DNA of 64,000 nucleotides from a virus (IMGVR_UViG_2713896908_000007), one strand, 5' to 3'; positions 20,196 to 30,064 are shown, counted from the stretch's first letter. Notes: generated by a model from the sequence alone, not told the origin. Numbers and translations: made by a program.

Positions 20196-21785
20196 ATGTC
20201 TCAATATTCAATTCAACAGTCATTAGGTAATGCATCCGGTGTCGCGGTTAGCCCGATCAATGCCGATGCGACGTTATCTACCGGTGCTACATTGAATAGC
20301 AGCTTATGGGCTGGTATTGGTGTATTTGCGCGTGGCAAGCCGTTTACTGTTCTTCCTGTTAATGAGTCCAATTACGAGGATGTTCTCGGCGAACCGCTGA
20401 AGCCATCTTCAGGCTCACAGTTCGAACCAATTCGTCATGTGTACGAAGCTATTCAGCAAACGTCTGGTTATGTTGTCCGTGCTGTTCCGGATGATGCAAA
20501 GTTCCCGATTATTATGTTCGATGAATCAGGCGAACCGGCTAATAGCGCGTTGCCATACGGTTCTGAAATTGAACTTGATAGCGGCGAAGCCTTTGCAATC
20601 TACGTTGATGATGGCGACCCATGCGTTTCACCTACGCGTGAGTTAACTATCGAAACGGCAACTGCGGACAGCGCAGGTAATGAACGCTTCCTTCTGAAAC
20701 TGACCCAGACGACTTCGCTTGGTGTGGTTACGACTCTGGAGACACATATTTTATCTTTGGCGGAAGAAGCGAAAGATGATATGGGCCGCTTGTGTTACCT
20801 GCCTACGGCTCTGGAAGCCCGTTCTAAATATCTGCGTGCGGTTGTTAATGAAGAGCTGATTTCGACAGCGAAAGTAGCCAATAAAAAATCGCTGGCATTC
20901 ACTGGCGGTACCAACGGCGATCAGTCGAAAATCTCCACCGAAGCCTACCTTCGCGCGGTTAAAGTGCTGAACAATGCGCCGTACATGTACACCGCTGTTC
21001 TCGGTTTGGGTTGCTATGACAATGCGGCGATTACCGCGTTAGGTAATATCTGCTCTGATCGCCTGATTGATGGCTTCTTTGATGTTAAACCGACATTGAC
21101 ATACACGGAAGCGCTGTCTGCTGTTGAAGATACCGGTTTACTTGGTACCGATTATGTAAGCTGTTCTTTCTATCACTATCCGTTCTCCTGCAAAGACAAA
21201 TGGACCCAATCCCGTGTGGTCTTCGGTCTGTCTGGCGTGGCATATGCGGCGAAAGCTCGTGGCGTTAAGAAAAACTCCGATGTCGGTGGTTGGCATTATT
21301 CTCCTGCTGGAGAAGAACGCGCCATCATCGCTCGTGCATCAATTCAACCGCTGTATCCGGAAGATACCCCGGACGAAGAAGCAATGGTTAAGGGCCGCCT
21401 CAATAAAGTATCTGTCGGCACCTCTGGCCAGATGATTATCGACGATGCTTTAACTTGCTGCACGCAGGATAACTATCTGCACTTCCAGCACGTCCCATCT
21501 CTGATGAATGCAATCAGCCGTTTCTTTGTCCAGTTAGCCCGACAGATGAAACACAATCCGGACGGAATTACTGAGTCTGGCCTGACTAAAGGTATGACCA
21601 AGCTTTTAGATCGCTTTGTCGCAGCCGGTGCTCTGGTGGCTCCTCGTGATCCGGATGCTGACGGTACAGAACCGTATGTGCTGAAAGTTACGCAGGTGGA
21701 ATTCGATAAATGGGAAGTGGTCTGGGCCTGCTGCCCGACAGGTGTCGCCCGTCGTATCCAGGGCATACCGCTGCTTATTAAGTAA
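20196..21785 (+). CDS. putative contractile tail sheath protein (P1 gene 22 position)
   Basis: 529 aa, size and position fit a sheath protein; assignment by synteny only. Confidence 0.5.
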   Translation: MSQYSIQQSLGNASGVAVSPINADATLSTGATLNSSLWAGIGVFARGKPFTVLPVNESNYEDVLGEPLKPSSGSQFEPIRHVYEAIQQTSGYVVRAVPDDAKFPIIMFDESGEPANSALPYGSEIELDSGEAFAIYVDDGDPCVSPTRELTIETATADSAGNERFLLKLTQTTSLGVVTTLETHILSLAEEAKDDMGRLCYLPTALEARSKYLRAVVNEELISTAKVANKKSLAFTGGTNGDQSKISTEAYLRAVKVLNNAPYMYTAVLGLGCYDNAAITALGNICSDRLIDGFFDVKPTLTYTEALSAVEDTGLLGTDYVSCSFYHYPFSCKDKWTQSRVVFGLSGVAYAAKARGVKKNSDVGGWHYSPAGEERAIIARASIQPLYPEDTPDEEAMVKGRLNKVSVGTSGQMIIDDALTCCTQDNYLHFQHVPSLMNAISRFFVQLARQMKHNPDGITESGLTKGMTKLLDRFVAAGALVAPRDPDADGTEPYVLKVTQVEFDKWEVVWACCPTGVARRIQGIPLLIK

Positions 21786-21794
21786 GGGAATACA

Positions 21795-22610
21795 ATGAGC
21801 AAAAACTTTTTTCAATCCGGGGCATTTTTGGGGAATGGCCTGTCCCGTTTCGCTTTAAACGCTGATCCGGTACAGCTGATGGAATCTGCCCGTGCAAGTG
21901 CCCAACCGCCAGTAGAACCGGAGATTAATAATAATCCGGAACCGGCGGCACAGATTAACGAGAATGTTCAATCTGACCCGGCCCCTGATCAAATCCTGGA
22001 GGGGAAAGACGGTAAAGAATGGACTGTCGAACAGGCGCACCAGATGATTCTGGAAGCGGCAAATCGAAGTGCTATGCAGAATGCGTTGAGTAATGCGGCT
22101 GATGCCGTTTTCGCCTGGGCTGATAGCGGTGATCTGACTTTCGACTCTCTCGATGGTTTTGTTCAGGCTATCGCTGGCATCTCTGATGATGACGACTCCG
22201 AAGTTACAGAAGAACAGGATGATGCCTATAACGAAGCATGGGCAAATGTTGCTGACTTCCTCGCAGCATGTGGTGTAGATGATGACCTGATCGAAGCATT
22301 GGCTGACGATGAAGACGACGACGCAGCTGCTGATGTCGGTTCCGCTATTGCTGGTTTGGATAGCGATGACCGCGACGAACTGGAAGCTGCGTTTGTTGTT
22401 GCTGGCACTTCTGATGAAATGCTAACCGAAGCATTTAAGAAAGTTGTTCGTAACGGTGAGATCAAACTTATCCGTAAACGCCTGCGTAAAAAACGTCTGA
22501 CAGCGGCTCAAAAATCGGCGCTGAAAAAAGCGCGTCGTAAAGCCCAGACCGGTGCGGCAAAACTGGCCCGCAAAAAGTCAATGAAACTGCGCCGTAAGCG
22601 CCTCGGCTAA
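21795..22610 (+). CDS. hypothetical protein with acidic body and strongly basic C-terminal tail
   Basis: Asp/Glu-rich centre, C-terminal KLIRKRLRKKRL...RRKRLG; followed by a terminator hairpin. Confidence 0.4.
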   Translation: MSKNFFQSGAFLGNGLSRFALNADPVQLMESARASAQPPVEPEINNNPEPAAQINENVQSDPAPDQILEGKDGKEWTVEQAHQMILEAANRSAMQNALSNAADAVFAWADSGDLTFDSLDGFVQAIAGISDDDDSEVTEEQDDAYNEAWANVADFLAACGVDDDLIEALADDEDDDAAADVGSAIAGLDSDDRDELEAAFVVAGTSDEMLTEAFKKVVRNGEIKLIRKRLRKKRLTAAQKSALKKARRKAQTGAAKLARKKSMKLRRKRLG

Positions 22611-22617
22611 AGGAGGA

Positions 22618-22643
22618 GGCCGGAGAGCTCCGGCCTTTATCTT
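22618..22643 (+). terminator. rho-independent terminator (partial, with read-through to next gene)
   Basis: GGCCGGA-GAGC-TCCGGCC hairpin followed by TTTATCTT. Confidence 0.7.
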
Positions 22644-22645
22644 GA

Positions 22646-23227
22646 ATGGCACCTATACCTTTTGGAGTTCACGGCCAGGCTGATGGTGTATCACCATGCC
22701 TGAAAGTTACTCTGACTAACTCTAAGTATCAGGTTACTGGATATATCAGCCAGGGGGCGGCAATGAACATGGCCCAGAATTGGGAGGCTCCTTTTACTGG
22801 TATGTCCATGGGTTCTGTTGCTGGTGCCTTCAGTGGTTTTGCGCAGGTTGGTACTGAAACAACGTCGGTTGCCCGTTGGAACAGCTTAATGGTTTGGGAA
22901 GGGGGTACTCCGCCGACGTTCACGCTGCCAGTAACTTTCATTGCTTTATTTGACCCGTTTACGGAGGTTTCAGGAGCTATCGCCGCGTTGTCAGCGATGA
23001 TTAGCCCGGAACTTAAAGATGCCAGTATTGGTGGTCGTATCCCGGAGCGTGTGACGTTAAATATTGGTCGCCGGATCAACATCATTGATGTTGCTATCCA
23101 GGACCTAAGTTTCGATCTCGATGCGCCCAGGGACAGCAACGGGCATTTCCTGAAAAATACAGTCAACCTCCAGTTGACAGGTTCTTCGATATATAACAGC
23201 TCCGATATCATTCGGGCGTTCCAGTAA
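22646..23227 (+). CDS. phage tail protein, possibly tube
   Basis: About 190-aa ORF in the tail block between sheath and the next terminator; no motif recognised. Confidence 0.35.
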   Translation: MAPIPFGVHGQADGVSPCLKVTLTNSKYQVTGYISQGAAMNMAQNWEAPFTGMSMGSVAGAFSGFAQVGTETTSVARWNSLMVWEGGTPPTFTLPVTFIALFDPFTEVSGAIAALSAMISPELKDASIGGRIPERVTLNIGRRINIIDVAIQDLSFDLDAPRDSNGHFLKNTVNLQLTGSSIYNSSDIIRAFQ

Positions 23228-23238
23228 AAGGATTTTAT

Positions 23239-23748
23239 ATGGGACACAATAACACTAAGGGAAACCGTAAATTTATTAAGGGCCGCTATACTGCCAACGC
23301 GGCCAAAGGCGAACGACTGGTATCGTCTGAATTCCAGCTCACTTTTGCAGGCCATGAAGATATCAGCGTACTGGTTCGCACATCGCAAATCCCTGAAATG
23401 ACCCGAGAGGATGTGGAAGACTATGGTCCGAATGGTGTGAAGTTCAACCAGCACGGACCAATCCGTAACTCCGGGGAAATCCAGGTCCAGTGCGTGGAGA
23501 CTATCGAAGGTGATATTCTTCAATTCATTAAAGATCGCATTGCGGCGAAGGACTATGTTGATATCACGATGGCTGCAACTCCTGAATCCAAATCCTCAGG
23601 GGTTAAAGCTGTGACAAAAGCTGCTACAACAATTGAAATGTTGGACTGCAAAATCTACAGTGATGCAATCGACTTTAGTACCGAAGATGTGACTGCCGCT
23701 GTGCGCCCGTCACTTCGTATCGTCTACAACTGGATTGATTGGGATTAA
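23239..23748 (+). CDS. phage tail protein, tube-like
   Basis: 169-aa ORF with RBS, terminated by a strong hairpin; size fits a tail tube protein. Confidence 0.35.
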   Translation: MGHNNTKGNRKFIKGRYTANAAKGERLVSSEFQLTFAGHEDISVLVRTSQIPEMTREDVEDYGPNGVKFNQHGPIRNSGEIQVQCVETIEGDILQFIKDRIAAKDYVDITMAATPESKSSGVKAVTKAATTIEMLDCKIYSDAIDFSTEDVTAAVRPSLRIVYNWIDWD

Positions 23749-23770
23749 GAGTCATCCCTTGTATTTTAAA

Positions 23771-23791
23771 GCTCCTTCGGGAGCTTTTTTT
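23771..23791 (+). terminator. rho-independent terminator
   Basis: GCTCC-TTCG-GGAGC hairpin followed by TTTTTTT. Confidence 0.85.
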
Positions 23792-23883
23792 ATAACTATT
23801 TTATATAAAAATGCATCGATAACATTGTCTGGAGTTTTATGTTAGATTATTAATGTTCTAATAAACTACAATTATTGAGGTAG

Positions 23884-24516
23884 ATGTTTGTGCCTGTACT
23901 GTTAAAGGGGGACTCTAAAATGGCTGTGATTCCAATGTCGTACTCCCCGGGCACTGTCGCTCGTCGATTTTCGATCCTGGACGGTGTAATCATCCAGGGT
24001 GTGCTTTACCAGATTATATGGGATTCCAAAACCCCATTTGCAGCCGTAATAGAAGCAGCGCCTTCTGTTATCGATGGTGATATGCGCCATAAGGTTGTCG
24101 CTACTCTTGAACTTCAACGTCGCCCGCAGCTTGAAGGCGTACTGGTAAGGAAGTTCTGGGAGGATAGCGATGTTGCCCAGATTGAAGGTATCGTGGTTGA
24201 TGGAACCGTCCGGGATGTCGGTTTAGCTACTTTTGTTTACGAAACCGTAGCCTCAAAAGCTGGTGTTGTTTTGCTCAGTGATAATGAGCAATACGAAGGT
24301 GGAAAAGCTCTTTGGCAACACATCGCCCGTCGCTCTTCCGAGCTAAAAGTGTTTATCCTCGACACCGATGCCGCTCAGTATTACCCGTTTGACGGCGAAC
24401 GTGTTTGCTATGACGGGGTAAGTATTCCTGAATCCGAGATATGGAGTGAACACCCAGATCGAAGTAAGCATGGGGTTGTTCTTGTCGCTGAATCCATAAC
24501 TGGAAATGCGGCATAG
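23884..24516 (+). CDS. hypothetical protein
   Basis: 210-aa ORF after an AT-rich promoter region; no confident domain. Confidence 0.4.
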   Translation: MFVPVLLKGDSKMAVIPMSYSPGTVARRFSILDGVIIQGVLYQIIWDSKTPFAAVIEAAPSVIDGDMRHKVVATLELQRRPQLEGVLVRKFWEDSDVAQIEGIVVDGTVRDVGLATFVYETVASKAGVVLLSDNEQYEGGKALWQHIARRSSELKVFILDTDAAQYYPFDGERVCYDGVSIPESEIWSEHPDRSKHGVVLVAESITGNAA

Positions 24517-24695
24517 CAGTAAAAAATTCCTTGCTCCTTAAAAGGGGAGAGGGTTAATCTAGATATGCTAAGCATAGGCATGGCCCCGGTTAATGTTAAG
24601 CGTTGTGCGGGACGCATAATGTTTACTGGGGCTTTCTTTTCTCTATTTTGGGATAATCCTGAATTCCGTAGTATTTGGCATCGGCTGCGGCTACA

Positions 24696-24947
24696 TCAGC
24701 GTTTGACTCTATTTCTATAGAAATCACCTGGAAGGGTGAATATCCACATCAGAAGAAATGTTGCAGCAAACATGATCCCTAATGGCCAGAATATGCCAAA
24801 AAAAATCATTATCCAAAAACGATCCCACCAGGCCATTTCTGAATTGGCTCGCAAAATATATCGACTTAATGCGTATATCAGTCCACCAATTAGTATATAG
24901 ATGGGAATAGATACCAGGATAGTCATCGCGTTAGTCTCAATGAGCAT
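24696..24947 (-). CDS. small integral membrane protein
   Basis: 83-aa ORF with two or three hydrophobic helices, immediately downstream of the Lom-like gene. Confidence 0.35.
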   Translation of the reverse strand: MLIETNAMTILVSIPIYILIGGLIYALSRYILRANSEMAWWDRFWIMIFFGIFWPLGIMFAATFLLMWIFTLPGDFYRNRVKR

Positions 24948-25006
24948 AACGAATATCGCCAGAGCAATGTATAAATCCCTCTGCGCCGGGCAGAGGGGCT
25001 AAATAG

Positions 25007-25522
25007 TTAAAATCGGTAACCGACACCAAGCATCCAAATGCTATTGCTTAGATCACCTGGTTTAGAACGTTCATACGAGAGATCAACAGCAAACTGCGGA
25101 GCTGGGTTAAATTGAAGCCCAAGTCCATAAGCAAAATCGGTTCCAAAGCCAGCATATGACTGTCCATTCAGTTTTGCTGTTGCATCCGCATGGCTTAAAC
25201 CCACCAAACCGTATGCACTCAGCAATTCATTGAATCTGTATGATGGACCAAAAGTAAATGAGGCATACTCAACCTTGGCTTTGGCGGCATTCCATAGGTT
25301 TGTGTTTGACTTTTCGTAAGTGAGCGAAGCTAATCCACCCCACGTAGAATCCATTTCGTAGCGATATTTAATATTCACGCCTTTTGGATCTTTTATATCT
25401 CCGCCTTTAATCGTTGCGCTTCCTTGGGCAAAGTCTAAAGAAAGAGTGTGCTGATATGCGGAGGCAGTCCCAGCAACCCCCAGGGCAACAGCCAGAAGGG
25501 TCGTTAAAACTACTTTTTTCAT
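25007..25522 (-). CDS. Ail/Lom/OmpX-family outer-membrane beta-barrel protein
   Basis: Signal peptide MKKVVLTTLLAVALGVAGTASA; alternating amphipathic strands; C-terminal GVGYRF. Confidence 0.75.
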   Translation of the reverse strand: MKKVVLTTLLAVALGVAGTASAYQHTLSLDFAQGSATIKGGDIKDPKGVNIKYRYEMDSTWGGLASLTYEKSNTNLWNAAKAKVEYASFTFGPSYRFNELLSAYGLVGLSHADATAKLNGQSYAGFGTDFAYGLGLQFNPAPQFAVDLSYERSKPGDLSNSIWMLGVGYRF

Positions 25523-25604
25523 GGAAAACGGTACCTATCAAAACGTTAATAATACTGGTGACAAAATAGTGTGCATTGTGCGTTAAATACACGTAAAGAG
25601 TTTA

Positions 25605-26447
25605 TCATCCGCGAAAACCTGTAGGAATATAAAATTCCTTTTCTTTTCGTGTAGATAGGACCATATCCAGAGCTTCGTTTACCGTCATGCAATGCGGCAG
25701 ATTATCGAAGTTTGATATCCCGCCAATATCAGGAGAACGCTTGCTCTTCAGGTAAGCATATTTCCGGGCCGCTGCCTCAACTTTCTGCTGGAACTCATGT
25801 TTTTGAGCGCGTTTTTTGGATAACCGCAGATTGTCGGCCTTTGCTTTTGCACCAGCGATCCATGAAGTCAATTTTTTGAGTCTGGTCGTTCCGGCACCGC
25901 CGGAAACTGATCTTTTTGTTTTTTTAACTTGTGACTTCTTATTCTTTATTGCCACGTCATCCTGACAGGGGGAGGGGGTATCATTTTGACATGGGGGTGT
26001 GGATAAAAAATCAAATAAAGCCAATGTCTTAGCGAGAACAGCTTTAACCTTGGTTGCGGCTGAAGAGATCTTTAATTTGCTTTCAGTCAGCGCGTTTTTA
26101 GCTTGTTGTGCGAAGGCCAAAAAGGATGGTGTAAACCGGTACAGGTTAGCGCGGCGTTCACGGTGATCGCCGATAACAATCTCTACAGACAGGATTCCTT
26201 TGTTTACAGCTTCACGGAATGCACGAACGACGGTTGATTGGCTATAACCGGTTTCTGCCGCGATCAGGCGGTGAGGCTTATGAATGAAGTATTCACTGGT
26301 CGTTGCCGCGAGATTTGCACATTGCGACAGGATATGCCCGGCGCTACGGGATAGACCGGAGTGTGTTACAAAGCAGGCCAATTCATAGCCAGAAAAAGTA
26401 AAATCGCTCATCGTTATACAGCTCAGGAAAGTGACTTTAGCCAGCAT
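25605..26447 (-). CDS. repL: lytic replicon initiator RepL-like protein
   Basis: 280 aa with N-terminal HTH, directly downstream of kilA in the same operon, as in the P1 lytic replicon. Confidence 0.6.
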   Translation of the reverse strand: MLAKVTFLSCITMSDFTFSGYELACFVTHSGLSRSAGHILSQCANLAATTSEYFIHKPHRLIAAETGYSQSTVVRAFREAVNKGILSVEIVIGDHRERRANLYRFTPSFLAFAQQAKNALTESKLKISSAATKVKAVLAKTLALFDFLSTPPCQNDTPSPCQDDVAIKNKKSQVKKTKRSVSGGAGTTRLKKLTSWIAGAKAKADNLRLSKKRAQKHEFQQKVEAAARKYAYLKSKRSPDIGGISNFDNLPHCMTVNEALDMVLSTRKEKEFYIPTGFRG

Positions 26448-26476
26448 TACAATGCTGGTGGTTCTTACTACGTCTG

Positions 26477-27277
26477 TTAGCGCGTTGCCGCGACAGGTAC
26501 CAGCACACCAGCATCAAGCAATCGCTTCATCAGCCACTGCTGACCTTTGCCGGTTATACGAGTCGTGAAAGAAATCCTGCTTCCATTGCTTGTATCGATC
26601 ACGGTTTCTTTGAGGGTGAAGTACCCACGGGATATGTATTCTTGTTTGGGGACGTTCCTGCGTTCACCAGTTGCGATCAGAATTCCGTTATCACGCAACC
26701 AGGTGAAGAGATAGTTTTGGCCCAGGCCGAGCACTTTGGCATAGTTGCCGATTAGAACCCCGCTGGCGGTAGCAACGCGTTCGGCGAATTCGACTTTAGG
26801 TGCATCCATAAGCATTTTTTGCTCCAGCCGTTGCTTTTGCTCTGCCAGGTCGGCAGCCAAACGGAGAGCTTCAGGGAGACTCTGCGGAATAGCAGGTTGT
26901 AATCTTCCGGCTCGATAGTCGATAAATGTCTGGTTTACCTTCAGCCGAAACGCGGGAGAAATCCAGCCTGCGTACTCCACAGCGAGCAATTCATGTGCAA
27001 AAGTGCCGCCGCCACGGCCCTCGAACGAAACTATGCAATTCTGCATAGTTTCTTTTTCAAGCTCTTCAATGAGCTGTTTGGCTGATTGCGTTCTTAGCCA
27101 TTGAGCTGGCGCTTTATGGGCACCGAGTCCGCTCGCTCTGTGTAGAGCATTAAGGTTGTAACGGCCAGCGCGGTCGGTCGTAATTTCAACACCACAAATA
27201 ACAGGTAGAGTGGTTGAAGGATCGACATTTTGATGAAGGTTTGATATATTCATATCCGCATTGAATGTTTGTTGCAT
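26477..27277 (-). CDS. kilA: KilA protein (KilA-N domain plus antirepressor-type C-terminal domain)
   Basis: KilA-N-like N-terminus; C-terminal half paralogous to the C-terminus of the ant product here; 266 aa. Confidence 0.8.
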   Translation of the reverse strand: MQQTFNADMNISNLHQNVDPSTTLPVICGVEITTDRAGRYNLNALHRASGLGAHKAPAQWLRTQSAKQLIEELEKETMQNCIVSFEGRGGGTFAHELLAVEYAGWISPAFRLKVNQTFIDYRAGRLQPAIPQSLPEALRLAADLAEQKQRLEQKMLMDAPKVEFAERVATASGVLIGNYAKVLGLGQNYLFTWLRDNGILIATGERRNVPKQEYISRGYFTLKETVIDTSNGSRISFTTRITGKGQQWLMKRLLDAGVLVPVAATR

Positions 27278-27346
27278 TTTTTCTCCAAATTTGCATCAAC
27301 CTTCAATCACCAGCTCGAAATGGTGATTCTTTGCACTTAGAAAACG

Positions 27347-27363
27347 AAATTTATTAGAGCAAA
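27347..27363. promoter_or_regulatory. C1-type operator at the kilA-repL promoter
   Basis: AAATTTATTAGAGCAAA, 16/17 to the consensus, about 70 bp upstream of the kilA start. Confidence 0.6.
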
Positions 27364-27409
27364 TTTTTCTGGCTCGATCCAGATCGGGTTGGTCGATCTG
27401 CTCAGAAAC

Positions 27410-27436
27410 CTGCCAGTTTGCTGGCAGGTTTTTTTG
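27410..27436 (+). terminator. rho-independent terminator for a short plus-strand transcript antisense to the kilA leader
   Basis: CTGCCAG-TTTG-CTGGCAG hairpin followed by TTTTTTT; no plus-strand gene upstream. Confidence 0.6.
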
Positions 27437-27469
27437 TATAAGGCTTTTTTCAATGTGGATTTGTGGCTG

Positions 27470-27507
27470 GATAAAGCGAAAAAGGCCACAGGTTTTACCC
27501 TGTGGCC
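27470..27507 (-). terminator. rho-independent terminator on the minus strand
   Basis: GGCCACAGG-TTTTAC-CCTGTGGCC hairpin with T-rich tract on the minus strand. Confidence 0.5.
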
Positions 27508-27561
27508 TGTTCGGGCGCAACGCGCTGCTGTTACACTGCGAACTAACGCCCTTCAATGTTG

Positions 27562-27678
27562 TTATGCAATGTGGAGAAGTGAGGCAATCACTGATGCCAA
27601 CACAGAACTTGAAGCTCCGATGATGACAGGAACAATGATGTTGGTCACAATCCACTTGCAAGCTTTTTGAAGAGTCAT
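27562..27678 (-). CDS. 38-aa hydrophobic peptide (possible small membrane toxin-like ORF)
   Basis: MTLQKACKWIVTNIIVPVIIGASSSVLASVIASLLHIA; lies between the IS end and the minus-strand terminator; below the track cutoff. Confidence 0.3.
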   Translation of the reverse strand: MTLQKACKWIVTNIIVPVIIGASSSVLASVIASLLHIA

Positions 27679-27695
27679 TACGAAGCTCCGCATAC

Positions 27696-28793
27696 TGTGT
27701 AAGTTCACAGAGATATTGCAATTGCCTCAGGATAAGTAAGGGGAAATTGCACTATGCAAATGCAGCATCTGATGGTTGGCTATCCTAAGTACTACCAAAC
27801 GGCCGATTATGCGTTGAGGCTTTCAGTGATGGCTGATACAGCAACAATGAGAATGAAGGCTCTGCACTTCTGGGATAAACACGGTATTTCTGCGGCTTCT
27901 GAAGCCTTTGGCGTGTCCTGCCGCACGCTTTACTGGTGGCGTCAGTTACTGAACAAGGAAGGACCTGAGGGGCTAATCCCGCACAGTAAGGCACCTCTGG
28001 TGCGACGAAAAAAACACTGGCATCCCGATGTGCTGAAAGAGATTCGACGCCTCAGGACAGAGCTGCCGAACCTCGGTAAAGAGCAGATTTTTGTTCGCCT
28101 GAAGCCCTGGTGCGAACAGCGCTATCTGGCCTGTCCGAGTGTTTCCACCATCGGCAGAATGATCGCTGCCGCACATGATAAAATGCGGATGATACCTGTG
28201 CGTCTGGGATCGCGGGGGAAGGCACTGCTTGTCAAAAAGCGGTCTGCCAAACCCCGCAGGCCAAAGCACTATCGCCCGGTAAAGACAGGTGAGCTCATTG
28301 GGATGGACGCCATTGAGCTCAGAATGGGCGAACTGCGTCGCTATGTCATCACCATGATCGACGAATGCAGCAATTACGCGCTGGCGCTGGCTGTGCCGTC
28401 ACTCAACAGTGATATCGTCAATCACTTCTTCAGCCGCGCAGCCCGGTTGTTCCCGGTCGGTATCAGCCAGATAATCACAGATAACGGAAAAGAGTTCCTG
28501 GGAAACTTCGACAAAACGCTGCAGGAAGCCGCTATCAAACACCTCTGGACCTATCCCTACACGCCAAAAATGAACGCTATCTGTGAACGTTTTAACCGGA
28601 CGTTAAGAGAGCAGTTTATTGAATTTAATGAGATTTTACTCTTTGAAGATCTGGCGCTATTTAATCAGAAGCTGGCGGAATATCTGGTGCTGTATAACAG
28701 CAAAAGGCTCCATAAGGCGCTCGCGCTAATGACACCCGTGGAATATATTTTAAGAGAGAACAAAAATTGCAATATGTGGTGGACCCATACACA
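27696..28793 (+). mobile_element. IS481-family insertion sequence (about 1.1 kb)
   Basis: Imperfect terminal inverted repeats starting TGTGTA with shared inner ATATTGCAATT; possible 3-4 bp TAC target duplication; single DDE transposase ORF. Confidence 0.7.
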
Positions 28794-28881
28794 TACTTGC
28801 AACAGCAACTGCTTGCGGCTATCCTCTTGTTGTTCAGACATAAGGAATGCCCTCGCTGGTTGCCTCCATGCAACGTTGTAG
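27754..28881 (+). CDS. IS481-family DDE transposase; ORF reads through the right end into flanking DNA
   Basis: N-terminal HTH, rve-type core (DNGKEF, YPYTPKMNAICERFNRTL); last about 29 codons lie outside the right inverted repeat. Confidence 0.8.
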   Translation: MQMQHLMVGYPKYYQTADYALRLSVMADTATMRMKALHFWDKHGISAASEAFGVSCRTLYWWRQLLNKEGPEGLIPHSKAPLVRRKKHWHPDVLKEIRRLRTELPNLGKEQIFVRLKPWCEQRYLACPSVSTIGRMIAAAHDKMRMIPVRLGSRGKALLVKKRSAKPRRPKHYRPVKTGELIGMDAIELRMGELRRYVITMIDECSNYALALAVPSLNSDIVNHFFSRAARLFPVGISQIITDNGKEFLGNFDKTLQEAAIKHLWTYPYTPKMNAICERFNRTLREQFIEFNEILLFEDLALFNQKLAEYLVLYNSKRLHKALALMTPVEYILRENKNCNMWWTHTHTCNSNCLRLSSCCSDIRNALAGCLHATL

Positions 28882-29017
28882 CGAGGGTTTTTTCTGTCTG
28901 GAGGCTACGCATCCAGGAGTTCATAACCCCCGCATAACGTTGCGCCTCCCCTGAAAAACAGGGTTGGGCATATCGTACACATGCCTGTAATTTATGGCAA
29001 ATCCTGGTCTGAATACG

Positions 29018-30064
29018 TTAAGACAAGGACGCCACTGGTTTTAACAAACCAGCATCAAGTAGCTTGCGAGTTAACCACTGCTGGCCTTTACCCGTTAATT
29101 GGGGCGTCAGCCGTATTTGGTAGCCATTTTCATCATCCAGTACCACTTCTTTCACCGTGAAATACCCGGCGTTGATGTACTGTTGGCGCGGTACGTTTTT
29201 GCGCGCACCAAAAGCCATGAGAATGCCGTTCTGGCGCAACCATGAGAAAAGGGCGTTTTGCTTAAGCCCAACGACCTTTGCAAAGTTCCCGATCAGGATT
29301 CCATTAGCCACTGATACCCGGTCGGCAAAATCGACTTTAGGGGCAGCGGCCACCAGCTGTTGTTCCAACTGCATTTTCTGTTCTGCCAACTCGGCGGCCA
29401 GGCGTAGAGCTTCTGGTAATGTTTGGGGGATCGATGGAGTAGGGGAGTTTGCCTGCTGCAATTCTTCTAGTTTGTCGATCAGCGAACGGCGGACAGCTTT
29501 TGATTCGCGCGCGGCGACTCGCAGGGCTTGTTTATAGGTCATGGTTATGACCTCAAAAGAGCGCCCGGCCCTTGTGCCATGGGATTTTGCACTTTTGGTG
29601 TAAAATTCACCTTCAAGTTCATCGAGTATTTTTTCGATGAATTTATTGTTTCTAACCTCTGGTTCTCCACATAACTTACGTGCCTCATTGACCATCTTCA
29701 ACAATGTTTGGCTGTCGATTGTGTCTCCGGTGTTGGGGATGACATTCACGGCTGGAGATGGCGTAGCTGAAGCAACAGATGCTGGTTTTTTAACATTCAA
29801 ATTATTACTGGTCATTCTATGTGCCTCCTTTCTCATTTCTGCTGCCACTGTTGCGTAACGTAGACGTCCTTGTTCAATCAAATAATCCCTGATCTCGGTT
29901 ATCAGTAGCCTGTTGATCACAGCCTTATCTGTTCGGGTATAAAAACGCCTGGTTATCATGAAATAGTTGGCAATTGCGCCGGGGATCTCCCGTGTCGGCA
30001 TACAGGTTGTATGCAAAGCGATCGCTTCGGCTATTTCATTCCGGGTGATGAGAGTTTTTTTCAT
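29018..30064 (-). CDS. ant: antirepressor Ant
   Basis: 348 aa; C-terminal domain paralogous to the KilA C-terminus; position downstream of icd. Confidence 0.75.
   Translation of the reverse strand: MKKTLITRNEIAEAIALHTTCMPTREIPGAIANYFMITRRFYTRTDKAVINRLLITEIRDYLIEQGRLRYATVAAEMRKEAHRMTSNNLNVKKPASVASATPSPAVNVIPNTGDTIDSQTLLKMVNEARKLCGEPEVRNNKFIEKILDELEGEFYTKSAKSHGTRAGRSFEVITMTYKQALRVAARESKAVRRSLIDKLEELQQANSPTPSIPQTLPEALRLAAELAEQKMQLEQQLVAAAPKVDFADRVSVANGILIGNFAKVVGLKQNALFSWLRQNGILMAFGARKNVPRQQYINAGYFTVKEVVLDDENGYQIRLTPQLTGKGQQWLTRKLLDAGLLKPVASLS

Noticed and set aside
27296-27721. 141-aa minus-strand ORF with Cys/His-rich sequence upstream of kilA
   Set aside because: It spans the operator, both terminator hairpins and the small peptide gene, and has no RBS; most likely a chance frame.
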